NCBI GenBank assembly: GCA_039024315.1
Contig: JBCCQN010000005.1
Coordinates: 23,469 to 87,468, forward strand
Reading direction: 5' to 3'
Length of the DNA stretch: 64,000 nt
Source of the DNA: Bacteroidota bacterium
Lineage (GTDB): Bacteria; Bacteroidota; Bacteroidia; J057
Both the position numbers and the translations under genes were made by a program. A model generated the notes under the pieces. The model was given only the letters and a program-made list of their open reading frames with translations, was not told the DNA's origin and searched no databases. Below, one piece after another: positions 1 to 9,108 of the stretch; within the stretch, counting starts at the first letter, position 1; each line of letters begins with the position of its first letter.

Positions 1-787
1 TTTTCCAGCGACGGTCATATATCCGGAAAGGCGCAATTTCCCGCGCCGGTTTTTGGTTATGAGCTTCTAACTTAGCCCTTACTACTTGTATGGTATTGAG
101 CACCTCGGCCGGTACTGTTACCTCATCTATCTCCTTATGCCAGCTTGCAAGTTGATCGACACTTAGTTTCGAGCTTTGCTGAACGCTATCCTCGTACACA
201 TCTTGGGTATCAGTGATCATCCGCAAGAAGTTTTGCTGATTGCGGATTCCTCCCATCGGATAACGCAAGACAAAGCGGTCCCAAAGGGGCTGAAAACTCT
301 CTTTGTCTGGGGGTAACTCATTGGAAGCAGTGATGATCCCTTTAATATTGACCACTACCTCTTGCTCGCCATTGCGATAAATCTTTTCATTGAGGATAGT
401 TAGTAAGGCATTTTGGATCGCTGGGCCAGACTTCCAAATCTCGTCCAAAAAGACAATATTAGCTCCCGGCAGATACTTATCGGTTAGGCGCTCATATTTA
501 TCTTCTTCTTTGAGCTTTTTGATGGAAACGGGTCCAAAGATTTCGTCAGGCGTACTAAATCGGCTCATGAGGTATTCGAAGGAGCTTCCGTCTCGGAACG
601 CATATTTGAGTCGCCTTGCGATCAAGCTTTTGCCCACTCCGGGAGGGCCAAGCAAGAAGATACTTTCACCGGCAATGGCACTTAAGAGTGCTAGCTTCAT
701 CGGCTCTTCTCGCTCATAAAGTCCTTGACATAGTTCGTTGATGAGCGTTTCAGTTTGCTGCCTGACAGCAGTACTTAATACTTCCAT
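1..787 (-). CDS. MoxR-family AAA+ ATPase, RavA-like (N-terminal part; gene runs off the left edge)
   Basis: My own minus-strand translation from the ATG at 787 reads MEVLSTAVRQQTETLINELCQGLYEREEPMKLALLSAIAGESIFLLGPPGVGKSLIARRLKYAF..FEYLMSRFSTPDEIFGP..IVFLDEIWKSGPAIQNALLTILNE. Walker A is GPPGVGKS and Walker B is VFLDEIW. It is absent from the ORF track because there is no stop inside the window. Confidence 0.8.
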   Translation of the reverse strand, partial: MEVLSTAVRQQTETLINELCQGLYEREEPMKLALLSAIAGESIFLLGPPGVGKSLIARRLKYAFRDGSSFEYLMSRFSTPDEIFGPVSIKKLKEEDKYERLTDKYLPGANIVFLDEIWKSGPAIQNALLTILNEKIYRNGEQEVVVNIKGIITASNELPPDKESFQPLWDRFVLRYPMGGIRNQQNFLRMITDTQDVYEDSVQQSSKLSVDQLASWHKEIDEVTVPAEVLNTIQVVRAKLEAHNQKPAREIAPFRIYDRRWK

Positions 788-824
788 TGATAAACTAACC
801 AATAGCCTAGGGCATTGTTATAAC

Positions 825-854
825 AAAAAACGCCCCACAGTGAGACTGCGGGGC
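825..854 (-). terminator. Rho-independent terminator or attenuator hairpin 38 nt upstream of the AAA+ ATPase start
   Basis: Arms gccccacag (832-840) and ctgcggggc (846-854) form a 9-bp stem with one mismatch. On the minus strand the stem is followed by G+TTTTTT (the A-run at 825-830 on the plus strand). Confidence 0.45.
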
Positions 855-1033
855 ACCTGCTTTCATCATGAAATATCAGCAATTAAACTGATGTTTCTAG
901 CAATTTAGCTCTTCCGAGGAAGTACTGAATCGCTAAACGAATATACGTATTTTTTTAATTTTACAGCTTTTTTTGTCCTAATTCCTTTACACTTAAGCCT
1001 TTTTGTTGAATCTCCTTTTGGGGTCGCACCAAC

Positions 1034-1061
1034 AAAAAAAGCAGTGAAAAAATTCACTGCT
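1034..1061 (-). terminator. Rho-independent terminator of the S41 peptidase gene
   Basis: There is a perfect 9-bp stem, AGCAGTGAA / TTCACTGCT, on the minus strand. It is followed by a 7-T run (A-run at 1034-1040 on the plus strand) and lies 30 nt after the stop at 1091. Confidence 0.6.
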
Positions 1062-1090
1062 CTGGATTTTCTCATTAACAAAATGCGGGT

Positions 1091-2794
1091 CTACAAACCT
1101 AAGGTTTTGCGATAAAGGCGCTCATTACCAAGCACTTCTACTGCTTTAAGGATGTTCTCATCATCCTTAAAACTAGTTTCAATCGCCCCACTTTGGTAGT
1201 AATATCGCTGTACAATTTCTTGCTTGAGTAACATGCTAATCTCAGCACGATGCTTATCTAAATCTCGATCTTTCATCCCATCAAGCTTCTGATCAAAAGC
1301 GATCAGGTCTTGATTAAGCAGGTTGCCGTAGGATTCTTCACTGACCGTAGAAATCAATTTCTCCAATTGTCGGTCTGCTTCTGTATCGTAGTCAAAATTT
1401 TGCTCACGTACATAAGCTTTAAAAGCGTTATAAACTTTATCATCTATCTGAAAATCCCGAGCGCTAGCTATCGTTGGATTCTGTGCCACAAAGCCAGTGG
1501 TGAAGTCAAAAATCAAGCCTTGACGACTGAGCTCTTTGGTGATGGTAGCCACCTCAACCCCTGCTACAGAGAAGTCAGGCTCAATCCCTCCACCATCATA
1601 AACAGTGCGACCATTACGCGTTTTGAAAGCGGTTTGTAAACTATCGGGAATCTTGGCGACGCTACCATCCGGATGCTTATCGGCATAGTTGATCGCTTGA
1701 ATACAACGGCCACTCGGGGTGTAGTACTTAGCCGTTGTAACCTTGAGTTGAGTATTGTAGCTCAAGGGACGGATTTTTTGTACTAGCCCTTTACCAAAGC
1801 TACGCTGCCCAATAATGATCCCTCGATCCAAATCTTGAATCGAGCCTGCAACAATCTCAGAAGCACTGGCGCTGCCTCTATCTACTAATACCGCTAACGG
1901 AATCTCAGTATCGACGGCCAAACGCTGGGCGCTGTAAACTTGATAGGCATCTTCTAATCGACCACGGGTCTCTACGATGGTCTCTTTTTGAGGGACAAAC
2001 ACATTGGCGACATTGACGGCCTCATCAAGCCTACCACCGGGATTTCCTCGCAAATCGAGGATAATGCCTTTGAGTTCGGGGTGATCGCTTTTGAGACTTT
2101 GGGTCGCGATGGCGACTTCTTTACCTGCATCTTGGGTGAAACCTGTCAAAGAGATATAGCCGATTTCTTCATTGACCATACCAAAGTATGGCACATTATC
2201 TATCCGGATTCGATCGCGCGTGAGATTGAAATCAATCGCTGTTTCTTCTCCTGCCCTTTTCACCTTCAACTGTACTCCTTCGCCTTTGGGGCCTCTTAAT
2301 AGACTACGCACGTCTGAGACACGCATCGTGCTACCATCGATGGCTTTACCATCAATCGAAATGATCTGATCTCCGGTACGTAAACCAGCCGATTGAGCTG
2401 GATAGTTTTCATATGGTTCTAGTACGATGAATTTCTCATTACGCTTGCCGACCAATGCACCAATGCCACCATACTGGCCAGTACTCATAAAGCGATAATC
2501 TTCAATCTCACGTTCGCTTATGTAGTTGGTATAAGGATCGAGAGAATTAAGCATCGCATCGATACCAGTCCGCATCAATTCAGAGGGATCAGTATCATCG
2601 ACATAAAGAGAGTTTATTTCACGGTAAAGCTTTCCAAAAATGTCTAGATTTTTGGAGATTTCGAAGTAATTGTCGGACACGTCGGTTACAAAACCAACGC
2701 TGAATGAGAGGGAAATGATGAGCGCCCAGCTGAGCAGTCGTTTAGTTGATCGCATAAAAATGTTGCTCCTATGAGTGTTTGGGAGTTTATCCAA
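1091..2794 (-). CDS. S41 family C-terminal processing (tail-specific) peptidase with PDZ domain
   Basis: 567 aa with an N-terminal signal/TM segment. It has a PDZ-like GLRTGDQIISIDG and the S41 core motifs LDLRGNPGGRLDEAV, DRGSASASEIVAGSIQD and SFGKGLVQ. Confidence 0.9.
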   Translation of the reverse strand: MDKLPNTHRSNIFMRSTKRLLSWALIISLSFSVGFVTDVSDNYFEISKNLDIFGKLYREINSLYVDDTDPSELMRTGIDAMLNSLDPYTNYISEREIEDYRFMSTGQYGGIGALVGKRNEKFIVLEPYENYPAQSAGLRTGDQIISIDGKAIDGSTMRVSDVRSLLRGPKGEGVQLKVKRAGEETAIDFNLTRDRIRIDNVPYFGMVNEEIGYISLTGFTQDAGKEVAIATQSLKSDHPELKGIILDLRGNPGGRLDEAVNVANVFVPQKETIVETRGRLEDAYQVYSAQRLAVDTEIPLAVLVDRGSASASEIVAGSIQDLDRGIIIGQRSFGKGLVQKIRPLSYNTQLKVTTAKYYTPSGRCIQAINYADKHPDGSVAKIPDSLQTAFKTRNGRTVYDGGGIEPDFSVAGVEVATITKELSRQGLIFDFTTGFVAQNPTIASARDFQIDDKVYNAFKAYVREQNFDYDTEADRQLEKLISTVSEESYGNLLNQDLIAFDQKLDGMKDRDLDKHRAEISMLLKQEIVQRYYYQSGAIETSFKDDENILKAVEVLGNERLYRKTLGL

Positions 2795-3028
2795 GATAAA
2801 AAAGCCCCCTACTCATCCAAGACTTAAGAACTACGCTTGTTGAGCGATGTAATGTGTGTTCTTATTTCATCGCAAAAGCCATTCCGAGCTTGTAAGATTT
2901 AGTCCCAAGTCTCAAACAATTTACAAATAATACGATCAGAAGGCGAGCCTAGGAGAGGCTTTTTTTGCGAATTATCTCCCCCTATTTGGCTTTCCCCTCT
3001 CCACGACTGTAAATTTTGGCTCACTCAA

Positions 3029-4192
3029 ATGACTAGCATCATGAAATGTCTTTCTCTATTATTCGCCAGCCTATGCCTGATGGTCAGTAGCTTACAGGCA
3101 GACTCTTATTCAGAACTCACCAAAGACTTCTCCTTCGGCAAAGCCGATATCCAATCCATGAGCGTCTTGACCTTTGGACCAGAGGGCTTGCTCTTTGTGG
3201 GTGACGCAAATGCTGGTAAAGTCTTCGCTATCGACCTGAAAGATCGTGTCCAAAATACCAGCAAAGAAGGTTTTTCACTGGAAAATATAGAAGCAAAGCT
3301 GGCAAGCTTGCTTGGTACCACCCCTCAAGGGGTCGTCATTCACGATTTTGCGGTCAATCCGATCTCACAAAATATCTATCTAGCGGTCTCTCGCTCCGAT
3401 GCTACGCAACTAGGCTTTTGGAAACTACCCAATGATTTAGGTGCCGCCACGATCTTACTTAAGATTAACCCTAAAGGTGAAATTTCTGAGGTCAGTCTTG
3501 ATGCCATTAGTTTTGATAGTGCAGAAGTGCCCAAATTGATTGAGCCTGGCCAACAAACTTGGCGTAAGAGCGACATGCGCACCGAATCTATTACGGATAT
3601 CGCCTATGCCGAGGGCAAGCTTTACGTTACTGGACTTTCTAACGAAGAATTTGCCTCCAACCTCCGCATCCTTGACTTTCCCTTTACAGACAAGAGCCAA
3701 GCTAGCTCCTTGGAAGTTTGGCATATCGCTCATGGTAAGTCCGAAACGGAGGCTCCCATTCGTACGCTCCTACCCTATAAATTCAATGGTGAGACTCATA
3801 TTTTGGCCTCTTACACCTGTACGCCTTTTGTCAGCTTCTCGGTCAAGGATCTCGAAGATGGTAAGCATCTAAAGGTCAAAACATTGGCCGAATTTGGTTT
3901 CAGTAATATGCCGATCGATATCATCCGCTATCGCCGCGATGACAAGGATTATATCCTGATGTCCAATACCTCTAAAGCATTGATCAAAATCGATCCCAAT
4001 GATATCCCCGATGCGGAGAATATCGAGCGTAAACTCGAGGATGGCGAATATACCGTGGGCCTCGAACATGATGTGCTCTCACGAGTAGGTATCACGCATA
4101 TTGACAACTATAATAGCGAAAATGTCTTGGTGTTGCAGCGCATGCCCAATGGCCTGCTCAATCTCCGCACCTACGCCAACGGCTGGCTCTAA
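3029..4192 (+). CDS. Secreted hypothetical protein (beta-propeller-like repeats)
   Basis: 387-aa ORF with a signal peptide (LSLLFASLCLMVSSLQA). No antisense ORF of comparable length exists. Its stop overlaps the next start (TAATG). Confidence 0.6.
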   Translation: MTSIMKCLSLLFASLCLMVSSLQADSYSELTKDFSFGKADIQSMSVLTFGPEGLLFVGDANAGKVFAIDLKDRVQNTSKEGFSLENIEAKLASLLGTTPQGVVIHDFAVNPISQNIYLAVSRSDATQLGFWKLPNDLGAATILLKINPKGEISEVSLDAISFDSAEVPKLIEPGQQTWRKSDMRTESITDIAYAEGKLYVTGLSNEEFASNLRILDFPFTDKSQASSLEVWHIAHGKSETEAPIRTLLPYKFNGETHILASYTCTPFVSFSVKDLEDGKHLKVKTLAEFGFSNMPIDIIRYRRDDKDYILMSNTSKALIKIDPNDIPDAENIERKLEDGEYTVGLEHDVLSRVGITHIDNYNSENVLVLQRMPNGLLNLRTYANGWL

Positions 4193-5325
4193 TGAGATCC
4201 AAAAAACGCATATTTTTTACTTGCGACACTTTTTCCAGATTATGGAAAAGTGTCGCTGGTTTTTTACTATGTTGGCTTTCCATTAGTCCTTTGCTTGCCC
4301 AAAAGTGGTCTATTCAACGTGATAGCAGTTCCGATGATTATATGGTGATTAAGGTTTGGTCGCTATTCGCGGAACGCTCAGCCGAAGCTGCTAGCCTGCA
4401 GGTTTTTCCAGGAGATACTATCCCCAAAGACCTCCCTCCGATGCTCGGAAGCTACTGGCAGGACCTTGACACGCTGTTTTTTCGACCGCGTTTTCCCTAT
4501 CAGGGAGGCCAAGTTTATCAGCTTTACCTCCCTCCCAGAAACAAAGTATTTTCCTTTCAGTTCAACCTCGCGGAGCCGCCAGAGGGAAGCGTTCCACTGC
4601 AAGTGTACCCCTCCACCGACACTATACCAGCTAATCAGCTCAAATTTTACTTAGCGTTTCGCGAGGCGATGGCCCTCCAAAGCCCCTATCACCATATCTG
4701 GTTAGAAGATGCTAATGGTAGCAAACTTGAAAATGTCTTTCTGGAAATTGATCCTGCCTTATGGGGGCCGCATCAGCAGCGTCTTACCTTATGGTTTGAA
4801 CCGGGTCGTATCAAGCGGGGACTGATTCCCTACCTAAGCCAAGGCCCTCCCTTACAAGCAGGTAATCGCTATACGCTAGTGGTCAATACAGCAGGCATTC
4901 GCGATCCCCAACGCTCCGACACGCTGTTATTCCGCCATAGCTTTTGGGTAAAAGCAGCTGACCGCCAACGCCCTGACATCGAAACTTGGACTTATAGCTA
5001 TCCCAAAGTAGGTAGCCGCGATACCTTCTCTATCTATTTTCCAGAGCCGATGGACTATGCGCTTTTGCGAAGCGATATCTTCTTAAATGATCCAGAAAAT
5101 AATTTAGTACGCGGACAAATGATCATCGGCAAAGAGGAGCGTTCCTACCATTTTGTGCCCAGGCAGGCATGGCAGGAAGTTGAATATAGGCTGATGGTGA
5201 GCTCCTTTTTAGAAGATCTTGCGGCCAATAACTTTGCTCGCCTATTTGACACTGACAAGGCTACCTCAGATAAGCAAGGAGGCAAGCCATTTTGGTTATA
5301 CCACGATTTTGAGCCCAAGCGTTAA
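4192..5325 (+). CDS. Secreted hypothetical protein
   Basis: 377-aa ORF, translationally coupled to the upstream gene through ATG/TAA overlap. It has a signal-like VAGFLLCWLSISPLLAQ. I recognise no catalytic motif. Confidence 0.6.
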   Translation: MRSKKRIFFTCDTFSRLWKSVAGFLLCWLSISPLLAQKWSIQRDSSSDDYMVIKVWSLFAERSAEAASLQVFPGDTIPKDLPPMLGSYWQDLDTLFFRPRFPYQGGQVYQLYLPPRNKVFSFQFNLAEPPEGSVPLQVYPSTDTIPANQLKFYLAFREAMALQSPYHHIWLEDANGSKLENVFLEIDPALWGPHQQRLTLWFEPGRIKRGLIPYLSQGPPLQAGNRYTLVVNTAGIRDPQRSDTLLFRHSFWVKAADRQRPDIETWTYSYPKVGSRDTFSIYFPEPMDYALLRSDIFLNDPENNLVRGQMIIGKEERSYHFVPRQAWQEVEYRLMVSSFLEDLAANNFARLFDTDKATSDKQGGKPFWLYHDFEPKR

Positions 5326-5504
5326 AAGCCATTAAAAAGACGTTAATACTTCATTAACAAACTCCTAAGCCCGTTTTCGTACATATAAGGGAATCAAGAT
5401 TCTTTGATTTCACACAACTCCTATGTTTTTCAATGCAGGCTAGCTGATCCTATCAGATCGGCCATTAAATAATATTGTTTTCTCATTAAGGAGACCCAAA
5501 CATT

Positions 5505-6977
5505 ATGCGTAATTCATTTTTAACCTCATTCGTAGCCGCAGTCTTAGGTAGTGCTTTGACCTTTGGTGCTATCTGGATGACTCAATCAAAGGACCAACAG
5601 ACATTACAGGTCCAATATCAAAATAATACTCCCGCTGTAGGAGCCGTGTATACCCTAGATGAAGACGGGGATGCAGTACCTTTAGATTTTACGGCGGTTG
5701 CCGAACGCGTAACTCCGGCCGTTGTGCACATTACCTCTAGCTCTACGCGCCAAAGCGCTCCCACGGCTAGCAATCCATTTGAAGAGCTTTTTGGCCCCGA
5801 CTTTCAGTTTGAAGATCGCCAGCAAAAAAGACGCCCCCAAGTAGGCACCGGCTCTGGCGTTCTGATTTCTCAAGATGGTTATATCGTTACCAACAATCAC
5901 GTGATTGAAAAGGCCGACGATATCGAAGTCGTACTTTCGGACAATCGCAGTTACAAGGCTAGTGTGATCGGTACAGACCCTTCTACTGACTTGGCCCTTC
6001 TCAAAATCGAAGAGACGGGTTTGGCATTCCTTCCTTTTGTGGACTCTGACAAAGTCAAAGTCGGCGAATGGGTAATGGCGGTTGGTAACCCATTTAACTT
6101 GAATTCAACTGTTACAGCCGGTATCGTCAGTGCCAAGGGCCGTAACATCAATATACTCCGCGAACAGAGCGCGATCGAGTCCTTCATCCAAACGGATGCT
6201 GCGATCAACCCCGGTAATAGTGGTGGGGCTCTTGTAAATCTCAATGGGGGGTTGATTGGGATCAATACCGCCATTGCGAGTCCTACAGGTGCCTATGCTG
6301 GCTATGGATTTGCCGTTCCAGCAAAGCTGGTATCCAAAGTAATCGAAGACCTTATGACCTACGGTATCGTACAACGTGGCTATATCGGCGTGATGATCCG
6401 CCCTGTAGATGGTAATCTCGTCCGAGAAAAAGGGCTAGAAGTAAACCAAGGCGTTTATGTGGATAGTGTATTAGCCACTGGCGCCGCTGCAGGAGCAGGT
6501 ATCGAAGAAGGCGATGTAATCCTTGAAGTAGATGGCCTTACCGTCAATACGCCTTCTGAATTGCAAGAAAAAGTGGGCCGTCGTCGCCCTGGTGATGAAG
6601 TCAACGTCAAACTCAACCGCTTTGGTGAAGAGAAATCCTTTGATATGGTCCTAAACAATCGGGACGGCAACACCCAAATCGTACAAAAGATGAGTAACAG
6701 TGTGCTCGAAAGCTTAGGGGCATCGTTCCGCGAAGTGGGAAAAAACACCGCCGCTAAGCTAGACATCGAAGGAGGCGCCCAACTGGAGTCTCTCTCGCGT
6801 GGCAAGCTCAGTCAGTACACTGATATCAGAGAAGGCTTTATCGTTACTCACCTTGACGGTGAACGAGTAGACGATGTAGAGGACCTACTCGACAAACTAG
6901 AAGACAAAGAAGGAAATGTGATGCTCGAAGGCATCTATCCCAATGGTTTGAAGCGTTTTTATGCCTTTGGGATGTAA
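5505..6977 (+). CDS. htrA: HtrA/DegP/DegQ-family periplasmic serine endoprotease with two PDZ domains
   Basis: 490 aa with trypsin-fold triad context: TNNHVIE (His), DLALLKIE (Asp) and GNSGGALVNLNGGLIGINTAI (Ser). A PDZ-like GIEEGDVILEVDG follows. AGGAG lies about 10 nt upstream of the ATG. Confidence 0.9.
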   Translation: MRNSFLTSFVAAVLGSALTFGAIWMTQSKDQQTLQVQYQNNTPAVGAVYTLDEDGDAVPLDFTAVAERVTPAVVHITSSSTRQSAPTASNPFEELFGPDFQFEDRQQKRRPQVGTGSGVLISQDGYIVTNNHVIEKADDIEVVLSDNRSYKASVIGTDPSTDLALLKIEETGLAFLPFVDSDKVKVGEWVMAVGNPFNLNSTVTAGIVSAKGRNINILREQSAIESFIQTDAAINPGNSGGALVNLNGGLIGINTAIASPTGAYAGYGFAVPAKLVSKVIEDLMTYGIVQRGYIGVMIRPVDGNLVREKGLEVNQGVYVDSVLATGAAAGAGIEEGDVILEVDGLTVNTPSELQEKVGRRRPGDEVNVKLNRFGEEKSFDMVLNNRDGNTQIVQKMSNSVLESLGASFREVGKNTAAKLDIEGGAQLESLSRGKLSQYTDIREGFIVTHLDGERVDDVEDLLDKLEDKEGNVMLEGIYPNGLKRFYAFGM

Positions 6978-7002
6978 GAATCAATATTCATAATAAAAGA
7001 GA

Positions 7003-7038
7003 GGGCGAAGCTCCGGTTGATCCGGCTTCGCCCTTTTT
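7003..7038 (+). terminator. Rho-independent terminator of htrA
   Basis: GGGCGAAGC (7003-7011) pairs perfectly with GCTTCGCCC (7025-7033) and is followed by TTTTT. Confidence 0.7.
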
Positions 7039-7050
7039 ACTTGCTCTAGA

Positions 7051-7134
7051 TTAAGTACAGAGTAGAAAGTATGTAGTACCGAGAAAAAAGGTTCTGCTGC
7101 ACCATATAGCCTAATTTCCCTAGGTCTTGATACT
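7051..7134 (-). repeat. Dispersed intergenic repeat family 2, copy A (lacks the palindromic hairpin segment)
   Basis: The reverse complement reads agtatcaagacctagggaaattaggctatatggtgcagcagaaccttttttctcggtact..ctactctgtacttaa. By eye it aligns along its length with the copies at 14344-14447 and 50669-50773. Confidence 0.6.
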
Positions 7135-7182
7135 GGATACTATCGCCTAAGTACTTAATACTGAGTACGATGGCCTAAATAC

Positions 7183-8904
7183 TTAGTTTTTTACAAAGCT
7201 CAGGTTTTGACGGCCCAGACTGCCTCCAAGACGAAGGTGGTAAATGCCGGGACTAAGGCTGGCTATTGATATTTTGTTTCCGACTGAGGACTTTAGCACT
7301 ACTCGCCCAGTCATATCTAAGACTTCCAAGGTCTCGTAGCTAGCCAAATCTCCCGAGAGTTGGATCGCCGAAGTAGCCGGATTGGGAAAAAGGCTAATCT
7401 TCGGGAGCAGGAAATTATCTGTCTCTCCGGCCACTCTGTAGTTTGCAAATGGGTTCAGGTTACAGTCCAATATCATTCCATTATAGTCAGAAGCCACCGG
7501 CTTGGTAGCCAGTTTTTGATACTTATTAGAGCTGACCAAGAACAATGAGTTCCAAGTAGGAGCCGTGAGATTGACCGCAGTTTGCAAGCCTCCGTTGGGT
7601 GGATGACAGGCATTGGCGGGACTAGCGCCTTCCAAGACTCTTAGATAGCTAGGCAGAGGATTGCCCATCGCACCAGCCGCAATCGTAGGATGGCTGAGCA
7701 GCAAAATTTGCCCACTTTCCAGATTGTAACCATAGGGAATGGCTTCTTTGTCCCCTGGAGCATAATCATACTCTCGGTAAAACAAATTTGTGCCATTAAA
7801 ACGGCCAAAACCGCCTGACCACTCCACTCCAGTAGGATCGAGATACTCCAACATGAGATCAATAAAACCGGTGGAGGATTTGATCTGCCGAGTCAGTGTC
7901 TGACTTTTACCAGCTACTGGAGGGATGATAGATACTGTGGGAGAAAAATTGTAGTTATTGTCAAATTTTTGCAAGCCCATTTCCTGATTAGCATCGGCAA
8001 AACTCAAATAGTGCGAATTACCATCAGCCGCCACGGAGAGATAGTCTTCTGCCCCGGGACGGATATCTGCCCGCTGTGCTGCCTGACCAGCATATAACAA
8101 TCCGTTTGGGTCTAGCATCAGCACAAAGGCTTCTTCATTTGGACCACTACGGCTATAAGAGCCGGCCAAAACATAGGGCGCACCGGTACTCAATTGATTT
8201 TGCTTGAGATCCGTCAAACGGAAGAGGGAGGGGATATAAGTACTGCCCGCGTAGCGGAACGTTCGCACCCACTGTATTGCACCATTAGGATCAAGCTTTA
8301 CGGCGCCTATACCCGAGCGATTGCGTACTGGTCCCCATTTGGGCAATTGAGATTCTAAATTGAAGGCTACTACAAAATCCCCTGCATTGTCTCGGATCAT
8401 TTGTAGATCGTCCATGCGCATCACGTCGCCAAAGTGCAGAGATTGCGTCCAGAGGATAATACCACTGCTGCGCTCCAGACTAAAGATGGTAATGAACCGT
8501 ACTCCAGAACCGACAGTTTCCCAATCGCGAGTCGCAGCCACCACTACCTGATTGCCATCTTCTACCAAGGCGTGAAATTGGGTAGGTCCTAGCGGATTTT
8601 GCTTATTAAAGGGATCCACAATTTGAAATTGCTTATCAAAACCAATATTTACAGCGCCTGAGACAGGAGTCTCAAAGGTTTGGATATAAACCGCTTCATT
8701 GCCAAAGCCATCATCAAGCGTAGTCCCCCAAACCGCGATCCCACTGCCATTGATGAGATCGATATTAGCGTTTTCCCAAGGGCGATGATTGGCAAAAGAT
8801 TCGTTAGGGGCATTGGTTTCAAAGGTCAAGTTGAGGCCCTGCCCAAAAAGAGGAGAACAAAATAGTATCCAGCAGCTAAAGGCCGCTAAAAAAATAGTTT
8901 TCAT
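7183..8904 (-). CDS. Secreted protein with T9SS C-terminal sorting domain
   Basis: 573 aa with a signal peptide. The C-terminus LFPNPATSAIQLSGDL..LEVLDMTGRVV..LSPGIYHLRL is typical of the Por secretion tail. Confidence 0.75.
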   Translation of the reverse strand: MKTIFLAAFSCWILFCSPLFGQGLNLTFETNAPNESFANHRPWENANIDLINGSGIAVWGTTLDDGFGNEAVYIQTFETPVSGAVNIGFDKQFQIVDPFNKQNPLGPTQFHALVEDGNQVVVAATRDWETVGSGVRFITIFSLERSSGIILWTQSLHFGDVMRMDDLQMIRDNAGDFVVAFNLESQLPKWGPVRNRSGIGAVKLDPNGAIQWVRTFRYAGSTYIPSLFRLTDLKQNQLSTGAPYVLAGSYSRSGPNEEAFVLMLDPNGLLYAGQAAQRADIRPGAEDYLSVAADGNSHYLSFADANQEMGLQKFDNNYNFSPTVSIIPPVAGKSQTLTRQIKSSTGFIDLMLEYLDPTGVEWSGGFGRFNGTNLFYREYDYAPGDKEAIPYGYNLESGQILLLSHPTIAAGAMGNPLPSYLRVLEGASPANACHPPNGGLQTAVNLTAPTWNSLFLVSSNKYQKLATKPVASDYNGMILDCNLNPFANYRVAGETDNFLLPKISLFPNPATSAIQLSGDLASYETLEVLDMTGRVVLKSSVGNKISIASLSPGIYHLRLGGSLGRQNLSFVKN

Positions 8905-9108
8905 GCTTTATCATTTGAAGTTGAGAAAATGGAGGTGCGTATGAACTGTCCTTTGCGCAATAGACTCCACTAATATGGTCCAACAAACTATTCAGCGCTC
9001 CAAACTTTTATATTCGTGTAGATATGATCTACCTGTGATCATATTTGTTTGATATTCGCTTAATCTTAATTCTTTGTTGACCCTCCAGAGAATCGGTAAT
9101 TTACCTGA

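Noticed and set aside
390-719. 109-aa plus-strand ORF from the track
   Set aside because: It lies entirely antisense to the RavA-like AAA+ ATPase, whose reading frame has clear Walker A/B motifs. Its own sequence is low-complexity, Ser/Leu/Arg-rich and has no motif.
2795-3028. Bacteroidetes-type promoter (TAnnTTTG) at gtaaattttgg about 20 nt before the 3029 start
   Set aside because: The sequence is TAAATTTTG, which is not an exact TAnnTTTG, and it is too close to the ATG for a typical leader. I found no convincing -33 TTTG partner, so I did not report a promoter.
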